Shown piece by piece: positions 29,638 to 38,848 of a stretch of 40,933 nucleotides of DNA. Origin of the DNA: Aquincola sp. (GTDB lineage Bacteria; Pseudomonadota; Gammaproteobacteria; Burkholderiales; Burkholderiaceae_C). The notes beneath the pieces were generated by a model. It did not search any database, was not told the DNA's origin, and saw only the letters and a list, made by a program, of their open reading frames with translations. Where the stretch lies: positions 1 through 40,933 of the forward strand of contig JAOUIM010000001.1 in the NCBI GenBank assembly GCA_029884035.1. The letters run 5' to 3'. Both the position numbers and the translations under genes were made by a program. Each line of letters opens with the position of its first letter. The first letter of the stretch is position 1.

Positions 29638-29834
29638 GTGATGCGGCGATAGAAGACGGTGGCGTCGCGATAGCCACCGACCGCCCACAGCGCGCTGTCG
29701 AGGATCTCGCAGTTCACCGATGCGCCATCGTCCACAAAGCCGATCAGCGACTCGGCAAGGGCGTGCACGTCGGTTTCGCTGGCCGCGGCAAGGCGTCGTA
29801 CAGCGGGCGGGCGTTCGGCGCGGGTGTGGTCCAC
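29634..29834 (-). CDS. Candidate small ORF (up to about 66 aa) coupled to the M16 peptidase gene
   Basis: The frame has G/C-rich third codon positions from about 29834 down to the TGA, which overlaps the peptidase GTG (GTGA). Possible GTG starts at 29834 or 29768, neither with a convincing RBS. No family recognised. Confidence 0.3.
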   Translation of the reverse strand: MDHTRAERPPAVRRLAAASETDVHALAESLIGFVDDGASVNCEILDSALWAVGGYRDATVFYRRIT

Positions 29835-29964
29835 GGGGGTCAAAGCGGTCGATAGGAGTGGCGGTCTGGCGCGGTGCGATCGTAGAGCACGCCCCGGCGA
29901 CGCCCGAGCCTGTCGGGCACATGTGCTCACGATTTGGGTTGAACTCCGTGAGCGATCGACGATC

Positions 29965-30909
29965 ATGGGTTGGATGGATCCCACCGTCTCACAGATCTCG
30001 GCGGAGCGACCGGCCGCGCCGCCGGTCGGTGGCGGGCAGCGTCTGGTGGTCGGCGCTGTCGTCGTCGCGCTGGCGATTGCGGCCGGGGCCTATCTGTGGT
30101 GGCGCGAGGGTCGAGGCAGCGCACCACCCGTGACCACAGGGACGGCTGACGCGCCCCCGGTGAGCCCGACCCCGCCGCCCGTTGCGGCCGCCGAGCCGGC
30201 GCCTCCCGCGATCCTTCATCCGATCGAGCAAGCCGCCGTCGTGACCCAGGGCGCGCAGGCCGCGTCGCCGTCCGGCCCCGACAGTGCCGACGCCGCACTG
30301 CGGCGCGCGTTGGGAGAACTCCTGGGCAGCAAGGCGATGCTCGCGATGGTGCATACCGATGACTTCGTGCGACGCGTCGTCGCGACGATCGACAACCTCG
30401 ACCGTGCGCATGCCGCGCCGAGGCTGTGGCCCGTGGTGCCGGCGCCCGGGCGGTTCGCCACCGTGCGCGGTGGCGACGGCGCGGAGCAGATCGCTCCAGC
30501 CAACACGTCGCGCTACGCGCCTTTCGTCGCCTTCATCGAATCGATCGACACCGCGCGTGCCGCGGCCCTGTACGTGCAGTGGTATCCGCTGTTCCAGCAG
30601 GCCTATCGCGAGCTCGGCTATCCGCAGGGATACTTCAACGACCGCTTGGTGCAGGTGATCGACCGTCTGCTCGCATCGCCCGAAGTGGCGCCGCCGATCG
30701 CAGTGCGCCTGACCGAGGTGAAGGGCCCGATCGCCTCCGAGCGCCCCTGGGTGCGCTATGAGTTCGCCGATCCTGCGCTCGAGTCATTGCCCGCCGGCTC
30801 GAAGATGCTGGTGCGCATGGGACCCGCGCAATCGCAACGCCTGAAGACCAAGCTGGCCGCGTTCCGCGCCGCGATCGTGCGCGCGGTGCCGGCAGCGCGC
30901 CAGCCCTAG
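29965..30909 (+). CDS. DUF3014-like membrane-anchored protein
   Basis: One N-terminal TM segment, a Pro/Ala-rich linker, then DDFVRRVVATIDNLDR..APRLWPV, which I associate with DUF3014. The start could be 29965 or 29974. Confidence 0.7.
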   Translation: MGWMDPTVSQISAERPAAPPVGGGQRLVVGAVVVALAIAAGAYLWWREGRGSAPPVTTGTADAPPVSPTPPPVAAAEPAPPAILHPIEQAAVVTQGAQAASPSGPDSADAALRRALGELLGSKAMLAMVHTDDFVRRVVATIDNLDRAHAAPRLWPVVPAPGRFATVRGGDGAEQIAPANTSRYAPFVAFIESIDTARAAALYVQWYPLFQQAYRELGYPQGYFNDRLVQVIDRLLASPEVAPPIAVRLTEVKGPIASERPWVRYEFADPALESLPAGSKMLVRMGPAQSQRLKTKLAAFRAAIVRAVPAARQP

Positions 30910-30925
30910 CGAGCCTGCGCGCCAG

Positions 30926-31117
30926 TCAGTCGGCAGGCGGCTGCGTTGCCGGGGGCAGCGTGGCCAGCCGCGCCGGCAGCAGCGACCAGATCGCGCGCCG
31001 ATCGTCGTCGTCGAGCACCGACCACAACGCGATCTCGTCGAGCGTGCGGCCACAGCCGACACAGTGACCGCTCGGCTCGTCCATGCGGCAGATGTTCCTG
31101 CATGGACTGGGGATCAT
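30926..31117 (-). CDS. DUF1289-family small Cys-rich protein
   Basis: 63 aa with [10 protein letters not shown]....[15 protein letters not shown], the typical DUF1289 Cys pattern. The ATG overlaps the ybaK-like stop (ATGA). Confidence 0.8.
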   Translation of the reverse strand: MIPSPCRNICRMDEPSGHCVGCGRTLDEIALWSVLDDDDRRAIWSLLPARLATLPPATQPPAD

Positions 31118-31614
31118 GGTGGGGCCTGCACCACGTCATGCACCGGGGCGTTGTCGGTGAGCGGAGGCAGGTCCGCCGGTGCGAGGCGGAACACCCCGTT
31201 CGGATGCCCAGCGGCGGCCCAGATCGCATCGAAGCGGAACAGGTCGGCATCGATCAGGGTCAGCGGTGATTCGCTGTGTGCAAGCGGGGCTACGCCGCCG
31301 ATCGAAAACCCGGTGCGCGCCTTGACGAACTCGGCGTCGGCACGCCCGAGCGCACCGGCGATCGCAGCCACCTTGTTCTCGTCGACGCGCCTGTCGCCCG
31401 AGGCGATGACGAGCACCGCGCGATCGTCGCTCTTGCGCCGGAAGATCACGCTCTTGGCGATCTGGCCGAGCGTGACGCCCAGCGCATCGGCCGCCTCCTG
31501 CGACGTGCGCGCGGCCACCTCGAGCCAAACCGGCCGATGCGGGTGACCGCGCGCGGCGAGCGCGGCCGCGACGCGGCGAAAGCCCTCGGGCCTGTCGTCG
31601 ACCACCGGCGTCAT
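31114..31614 (-). CDS. YbaK/EbsC-family aminoacyl-tRNA editing-domain protein
   Basis: 166 aa. Contains [30 protein letters not shown] and [13 protein letters not shown]. The ATG overlaps the HMG-CoA lyase stop (ATGA). Confidence 0.85.
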   Translation of the reverse strand: MTPVVDDRPEGFRRVAAALAARGHPHRPVWLEVAARTSQEAADALGVTLGQIAKSVIFRRKSDDRAVLVIASGDRRVDENKVAAIAGALGRADAEFVKARTGFSIGGVAPLAHSESPLTLIDADLFRFDAIWAAAGHPNGVFRLAPADLPPLTDNAPVHDVVQAPP

Positions 31615-32543
31615 GCGGCGGCAACTTCCGACTTGCCGCGCCTGGCCAGCAGTGCCTTGCCCGCGCGCGAGATCGGCGCGCGCCCGAGCACGCCAGAGAT
31701 GTATGCGCCGGCGTCGACCAGGGCGTCGAGGTCGATGCCGGTGGCAATGCCCAGGCCCTCGAGCATGAACACCACATCCTCGGTGGCGACGTTGCCCGTT
31801 GCTCCCTTGGCATACGGACAGCCGCCGAGCCCCGCCACGCTGGTGTCGAAGTGCGCAACGCCGATCTCGAGGCACGCGTAGATGTTCGCCAGCGCCTGGC
31901 CGTAGGTGTCGTGGAAATGACCGCTCACCTCGTCGATCGGGTAGTGCCGCAGCGCCCGCTCGATCGCGCGTTGCACACGCCTGGGCGTGCCCACGCCGAT
32001 CGTGTCGGCGATGCCCACATGCTGCACGCCGATGCCCTTCATCAGCCGGACCACGCGCTCGACCTCGTCGGCGCTGACTTCGCCCTGGTAGGGGCAGCCC
32101 AGCGCGGTGGAGATCGCGCCACGCACCTTCAGGCCCGCCGCGAGCGCCGCCTCGGCCACGGGTCGGAAGCGCTCGATGCTCTGCTCGACGCTGCAGTTGA
32201 TGTTGCGCTGGCTGAAGGCCTCGCTCGCGGCGCCGAATACGACGACCTCATCGGGCCGTGTGGGCAGCGCAGCCTCGAAGCCCTTCATGTTCGGCACCAG
32301 CACGTGATAGCGCACGCCCGGCGCGCGCTCGATGCCGGCCATCACGGCCACGTTGTCCGCCATCTGGGGCACCCACTTGGGCGAGACGAAGCTGGTGACC
32401 TCGATGTCGCGCACGCCGGCGGCCTGCAGGCGCAGCACCAGGCCGACCTTGTACTCGGTCGCGACAGGCTGCTTCTCGTTCTGTAGACCGTCGCGCGGGC
32501 CAACGTCGACCAGATGGACATGGGTGGGCAGGGCAGCGGGCAT
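31611..32543 (-). CDS. liuE: Hydroxymethylglutaryl-CoA lyase
   Basis: VHLVDVGPRDGLQNE, EVTSFVSPKWVPQMAD, GHFHDTYGQALANI and GLGGCPYAKGATGNVATED blocks. I chose ATG 32543. Confidence 0.92.
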   Translation of the reverse strand: MPAALPTHVHLVDVGPRDGLQNEKQPVATEYKVGLVLRLQAAGVRDIEVTSFVSPKWVPQMADNVAVMAGIERAPGVRYHVLVPNMKGFEAALPTRPDEVVVFGAASEAFSQRNINCSVEQSIERFRPVAEAALAAGLKVRGAISTALGCPYQGEVSADEVERVVRLMKGIGVQHVGIADTIGVGTPRRVQRAIERALRHYPIDEVSGHFHDTYGQALANIYACLEIGVAHFDTSVAGLGGCPYAKGATGNVATEDVVFMLEGLGIATGIDLDALVDAGAYISGVLGRAPISRAGKALLARRGKSEVAAA

Positions 32544-32645
32544 GTGAACGATTCCTCGGTCGCGGCAGGAATCACTGTATCGCGCCCGTCTTCGCCCCCG
32601 ACCAGGGGGTGGTCTTGTGCCTGAACCGGGTCGACACTGCCTCGC

Positions 32646-33002
32646 ATGGATCCGCGTACCGTAATTGCACAGCGCATCGACCTGCATCTGCGGCGACAGC
32701 TCGGGGAGGCCGTGGATCTGCAGCGGGCGCTGAACGACGAGGCCTACAAGCGCGATCTGCTGCTGGTTTGCGACGCGATGAAGGGCACGGAGCTGCCTTT
32801 GCTGGCGCGCCAGTTCCGCGTCGCCGGTGAGCGTTACGAGGCCGAGCGCCACCAGTTTGAGCCTGCAGGCTGCCACGCCGGCCCGCCGCAGGACTGGGGC
32901 ACCGACACCTCGGGCTTCGGCTTGTCGCGGCCGCTGCCGCTGGCGGAACCCGAAAAGAAGGTTCCGAAGCCCTCGTGGTTCTTGCCGTCACGCTGGCTGT
33001 GA
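32646..33002 (+). CDS. Hypothetical small protein (118 aa), opposite strand inside the liuD-liuE gap
   Basis: This is the only ORF in the 516-bp gap with genome-like G/C-rich third codon positions. No clear RBS. Shares a motif with ORF 20502-20852. No family recognised. Confidence 0.4.
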   Translation: MDPRTVIAQRIDLHLRRQLGEAVDLQRALNDEAYKRDLLLVCDAMKGTELPLLARQFRVAGERYEAERHQFEPAGCHAGPPQDWGTDTSGFGLSRPLPLAEPEKKVPKPSWFLPSRWL

Positions 33003-33059
33003 CGGCCGGCGCGGACGCGGTGCCGTGACAGCCCATGGGCCGGCGCGCGCCGGCTTCGT

Positions 33060-35063
<2,004 letters not shown>

Positions 35064-35064
35064 C

Positions 35065-35682
35065 TCAAGCCTCCCCCATCTGCGTCGGCACGAAGTGCCC
35101 GCGCAGTCGCCTCACCAAGCCGCGCAGGAAACGGAACAGCACGACGATGGCAGTGACCATCACCACCAGCGTGAACGCCAGCACGACCAAGAACCACACC
35201 GGGTGCGACCATGCCAGCCACAGCATCGAGGGCACGAACGCGTCGCCGAGCAGCGACAGGCCGATGTTCGAGAACGGCTCGGGGGACGTGTTGACCGCTG
35301 CGCGGGTGGTCGTCTTGGCCGCGTGGGAGGTCGCTGCCAGCGTGCCGCCCAGCAGCGCCGCCAGCGCGGCCCAGGTGGCCTGGTCGCCGCCGAACACGCC
35401 GTAGGCCAGCGCCGCACCGGCAGGAATGCGGATGAAGGTGTGCACCGTGTCCCACAGCGAGTCGACCCAGGGCACCTTGTCGGCGAAGAATTCGACCAGC
35501 ACCAGCGCGCCGCTGGCGTAGAGCATCGCCGGCTGCTGCAGCACGTGCAGCCCCGCAGGCAACGCGACCCAACCGAGATTCCCCGCCAGGCCCGTGAGGA
35601 AGACCACCGCATACAGCCGCAGCCCGCTCGCCCAGCCGAGCGCCGCCGCGAGGGCGATCAATTGTGTGGTGTCGACGTTCAC
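35065..35682 (-). CDS. DUF4126-family integral membrane protein
   Basis: 205 aa and hydrophobic. Carries the hallmark VEFFADKVPWVDSLWDTVHTFIRIPAGAALA. The GTG start overlaps the liuC stop (GTGA). Its stop lies 1 nt before the liuD start. Confidence 0.8.
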   Translation of the reverse strand: MNVDTTQLIALAAALGWASGLRLYAVVFLTGLAGNLGWVALPAGLHVLQQPAMLYASGALVLVEFFADKVPWVDSLWDTVHTFIRIPAGAALAYGVFGGDQATWAALAALLGGTLAATSHAAKTTTRAAVNTSPEPFSNIGLSLLGDAFVPSMLWLAWSHPVWFLVVLAFTLVVMVTAIVVLFRFLRGLVRRLRGHFVPTQMGEA

Positions 35683-36467
35683 GCCGCCCACTTCGGTGCG
35701 CGCTTCTGCAGGAAGCTCTGCACGCCTTCCCGGCCTTCGTCGCTGGCGCGAATGTCGGCGATGCGGCGCGCGGTCTCGGCGCGCAGTCCGGCGTCGATCG
35801 GCCGGCCCGCGATGTCCTTCACCAGTTGCTTGCAGGCCCTCACCGCAGCCGGGCCGTTGGCCACCAGCGCGGCGACGATCTCGGCGACCTTCGCATCGAG
35901 CGCGTCGGCGGCGACAACCTCGTGAACGAAACCCATCGTCTTGGCCTGCGCCGCGGGGAAGCGTTCGGCGGTGACGAAGTAACGGCGCGCTGCCTGCTCG
36001 CCCATGGCGCGAACGACATACGGTCCGATCGTCGCGGGCAGCAGGCCCAGTTTCGATTCGGACAGACAGAACTGCATGCCTTCGGCCGCAACGAGAACGT
36101 CGCACACCGCGGCCAGGCCCACGCCGCCGGCGTAGCAATCGCCGTGCACGCGGCCGACCACCGGTACCGGGCAGGCGTGGATCGTCCACAGCATGTCGGC
36201 CAGGGCCTGCGCGTCTGCGCGGTTCTGCTCCCAGGTGTAATCGGCCATGGCGCGCATCCACGACAGATCCGCGCCGGCGCAGAACGCCTTGCCGCGGCCA
36301 CCGAGCACGATCGCGCGCAGCTGCGGTTCGGTGCCGAGCTGCGCGAACGCCTGCGTCAGCTCGGCGATCACGCCGTCGTTGAATGCGTTGCGCACGTCGG
36401 GGCGATTGAGCCAGACCTCGGCCACGTGCGCCGACGGCCGGTGGATGTCGAGTGTGGCGCTGCTCAC
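35679..36467 (-). CDS. liuC: Enoyl-CoA hydratase/isomerase family (methylglutaconyl-CoA hydratase by context)
   Basis: Crotonase blocks present: [38 protein letters not shown]. The GTG start overlaps the liuB stop (GTGA). Confidence 0.85.
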   Translation of the reverse strand: MSSATLDIHRPSAHVAEVWLNRPDVRNAFNDGVIAELTQAFAQLGTEPQLRAIVLGGRGKAFCAGADLSWMRAMADYTWEQNRADAQALADMLWTIHACPVPVVGRVHGDCYAGGVGLAAVCDVLVAAEGMQFCLSESKLGLLPATIGPYVVRAMGEQAARRYFVTAERFPAAQAKTMGFVHEVVAADALDAKVAEIVAALVANGPAAVRACKQLVKDIAGRPIDAGLRAETARRIADIRASDEGREGVQSFLQKRAPKWAA

Positions 36468-38071
36468 ATGCGGAACACGCCGAAGCGCGTGTCGGGGATG
36501 GGTGCGTTCATGCTGGCCGCGATGCCGAGCGCGAGCACGCGGCGCGTGTCGGCGGGGTCGATCACGCCGTCGTCCCACAGTCGCGCGCTCGCGTAGTACG
36601 GGTGGCCCTGCGCCTCGTACTGCGCGCGAATCGGTGCCTTGAAGGCCTCCTCGTCGGCGTCACTCCAGGTGCCGCCCTTGCCCTCGATGCCGTCGCGCCG
36701 GACAGTGGCCAGCACGCTGGCGGCCTGCTCGCCACCCATCACCGAGATGCGAGCGTTCGGCCACATCCACAGGAAACGCGGCCCGTAGGCCCGCCCGCAC
36801 ATGCCGTAGTTGCCGGCGCCGAACGACCCGCCGATGATGATCGTGAACTTGGGTACCTGCGCGCAGGCCACAGCCGTGACCATCTTGGCGCCCGCGCGCG
36901 CGATGCCTTCGTTCTCGACCTTCCTGCCCACCATGAAGCCGGTGATGTTCTGCAGGAACACCAGCGGCACCTTGCGCTGGCAGCACAGCTCGACGAAGTG
37001 CGCGCCCTTGTTGGCGCTCTCGGTGAAAAGGATCCCGTTGTTGGCGACGATGCCCAGCGGCATGCCCTCGATGTGCGCGAAGCCGGTCACGAGCGTGCTG
37101 CCATAGCGCGCCTTGAATTCGTCGAACTCGCTCGCATCGACGATTCGCGCAATGATCTCGCGCACGTCGTAGGGCTTGCGCGTGTCGGTGGGGATCACGC
37201 CGTGCAGCTCGGCCGGGTCGAGCCTGGGCGGGCGCGGCGCGATCGTGGCCAGCGGATTCGGCTTGCGCCAGTTGAGATGACCGACGATGCGGCGTGCCAA
37301 CGCGAGTGCATGGATGTCGTCCTCGGCGAGGTGGTCGGCAACGCCTGACAGCCGCGTGTGCACATCGCCGCCGCCGAGGTCTTCCGCGCTGACCACCTCG
37401 CCGGTGGCCGCTTTGACGAGCGGCGGGCCGCCGAGGAAGATCGTGCCCTGCTCCTTGACGATGATGGTCTCGTCGCTCATCGCCGGCACGTAGGCGCCGC
37501 CGGCGGTGCACGAACCCATCACGACGGCGATTTGCGGGATACCCTCGCCGGAGAGGGTGGCCTGGTTGTAGAAGATGCGGCCAAAGTGCTCGCGATCCGG
37601 GAACACCTCGTCCTGGTTGGGCAGGTTGGCCCCGCCCGAATCGACGAGGTAGATGCAAGGCAGCCGGTTCTCGCGCGCGATTTCCTGGGCGCGCAGGTGC
37701 TTCTTGACCGTCATCGGGTAGTAGGTGCCGCCCTTGACGGTGGCGTCGTTGCAGACGATCACGCACTCGACACCGGCCACGCGGCCGATGCCGGCGATCA
37801 TGCCGGCGCCCGGTGCGTCGTTGTCGTACATGTCGAGCGCGGCCAGTGGCGCGATCTCGAGGAAGGGAGTGTCCGCGTCGAGCAGCCGTTCGACCCGCTC
37901 GCGCGGCAGCAGCTTGCCGCGCGAGAGGTGCTTGGCGCGTGGCCCGTCGCCTCCGCCCTGGGCGATGGTCTGCAGCTTCGTGTTCAGGTCATCGACCAGG
38001 GCGCGCATCGCCTCCGCGTTGGCCTTGAACTCTTCTGACCGCGCATTGAGCTTCGAAGCCAGGACGGGCAT
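36464..38071 (-). CDS. liuB: Methylcrotonyl-CoA carboxylase beta subunit (carboxyltransferase)
   Basis: 535 aa and colinear with the carboxyltransferase family ([55 protein letters not shown]). I chose ATG 38071, which has an AGGAGA RBS. Confidence 0.95.
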   Translation of the reverse strand: MPVLASKLNARSEEFKANAEAMRALVDDLNTKLQTIAQGGGDGPRAKHLSRGKLLPRERVERLLDADTPFLEIAPLAALDMYDNDAPGAGMIAGIGRVAGVECVIVCNDATVKGGTYYPMTVKKHLRAQEIARENRLPCIYLVDSGGANLPNQDEVFPDREHFGRIFYNQATLSGEGIPQIAVVMGSCTAGGAYVPAMSDETIIVKEQGTIFLGGPPLVKAATGEVVSAEDLGGGDVHTRLSGVADHLAEDDIHALALARRIVGHLNWRKPNPLATIAPRPPRLDPAELHGVIPTDTRKPYDVREIIARIVDASEFDEFKARYGSTLVTGFAHIEGMPLGIVANNGILFTESANKGAHFVELCCQRKVPLVFLQNITGFMVGRKVENEGIARAGAKMVTAVACAQVPKFTIIIGGSFGAGNYGMCGRAYGPRFLWMWPNARISVMGGEQAASVLATVRRDGIEGKGGTWSDADEEAFKAPIRAQYEAQGHPYYASARLWDDGVIDPADTRRVLALGIAASMNAPIPDTRFGVFRM

Positions 38072-38122
38072 GGGGTCGGTCTCCTGGAACGCCGCCGGCA
38101 CAGGACTCGCACGGGTTGCGGC

Positions 38123-38144
38123 TCGACGTTCACGTTGGCGTCGA
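38123..38144 (-). promoter_or_regulatory. Palindromic element upstream of liuB (candidate operator)
   Basis: TCGACGttcACGTtggCGTCGA: 6-bp outer arms with an internal ACGT-N2-ACGT. Located 52-73 nt upstream of the liuB ATG. Confidence 0.3.
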
Positions 38145-38169
38145 TTCTACGGAAGGCCCCGCCGCGGCT

Positions 38170-38727
38170 TCAGTTGTTGCGGAACAGGTCGGCGGCAGTG
38201 GTGGGGTCGAGGTCCTCGCCCATGCGTGCGCGGAACAGCAGTTCGTCGGTGGCGCGCAGGCGCCGCGACACTTCGCGGCTGATGTTCATCTGGATCAGCG
38301 CGAACTGCTCGGCGTCGTGCTCGAACAGGCGATACAGCGCGGCCGAGCCGAACTCGATCGCTCGGCAGTCGTCGACGGCCCGCACCGAGGCGCTGCGAGG
38401 GAACAGGTCGATCAGTGCCATTTCGCCGAAGCACTGCCCGGCGTCGAAACGGTGCAGCTTCCAGTCGTCGCCGTTCCAGTGCTTGAGCACGTCGACCCGG
38501 CCCTGCTCAAGCACGTACATCGACTCGGCACGCTCACCCTCGTGGAAGAAGTACTCCCCCGCCCGCCGCGTCACCAGGGTCGCATCTGCAAGGAGGAATT
38601 CGAGCGTGTCGCCGCGCAGGGCGCCGAAGATCGGCATGGCCTGGAGAAGCTCGATGTGGCCTGCCGAGCCGGTGCCGGCGGCGTGCACGGGCACTGCCCG
38701 GCCGCCGTTTCCGCTGTCCGCTGTCAT
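38170..38727 (-). CDS. Stand-alone cyclic-nucleotide-binding (cNMP/CAP-effector) domain protein, no HTH
   Basis: 185 aa. Contains LLQAMPIFGAL, GEYFFHEGERAESMYVLEQGRV and CFGEMALID..PRSASVRA. The protein ends shortly after the C-helix, with no DNA-binding domain. Confidence 0.85.
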   Translation of the reverse strand: MTADSGNGGRAVPVHAAGTGSAGHIELLQAMPIFGALRGDTLEFLLADATLVTRRAGEYFFHEGERAESMYVLEQGRVDVLKHWNGDDWKLHRFDAGQCFGEMALIDLFPRSASVRAVDDCRAIEFGSAALYRLFEHDAEQFALIQMNISREVSRRLRATDELLFRARMGEDLDPTTAADLFRNN

Positions 38728-38848
38728 GCATGCATCATCCGCGAACCCGGGCAGCGCGTTCAAGCCCTTTTCGGCGATGCGGGAAACATCGCAGCGCCTC
38801 GCCGCAACCACGGCCTACCATCGCAGCCGCATGCTCGATCCGGCGGCC

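Noticed and set aside
29634-29700. EILDSALWAVGG in the small ORF resembles the barstar ENLDALWDCLTG motif
   Set aside because: The match needs an insertion, and the protein ends 12 residues later, whereas barstar continues for about 50 residues. This is too little to support an immunity-protein call.
38777-38848. Upstream in-frame ATGs (38777, 38831) for the indolepyruvate oxidoreductase-family gene
   Set aside because: None of the three ATGs has a convincing RBS. ATG 38849 gives the family-typical spacing before the LTGTQALVRL block. The longer starts remain possible.
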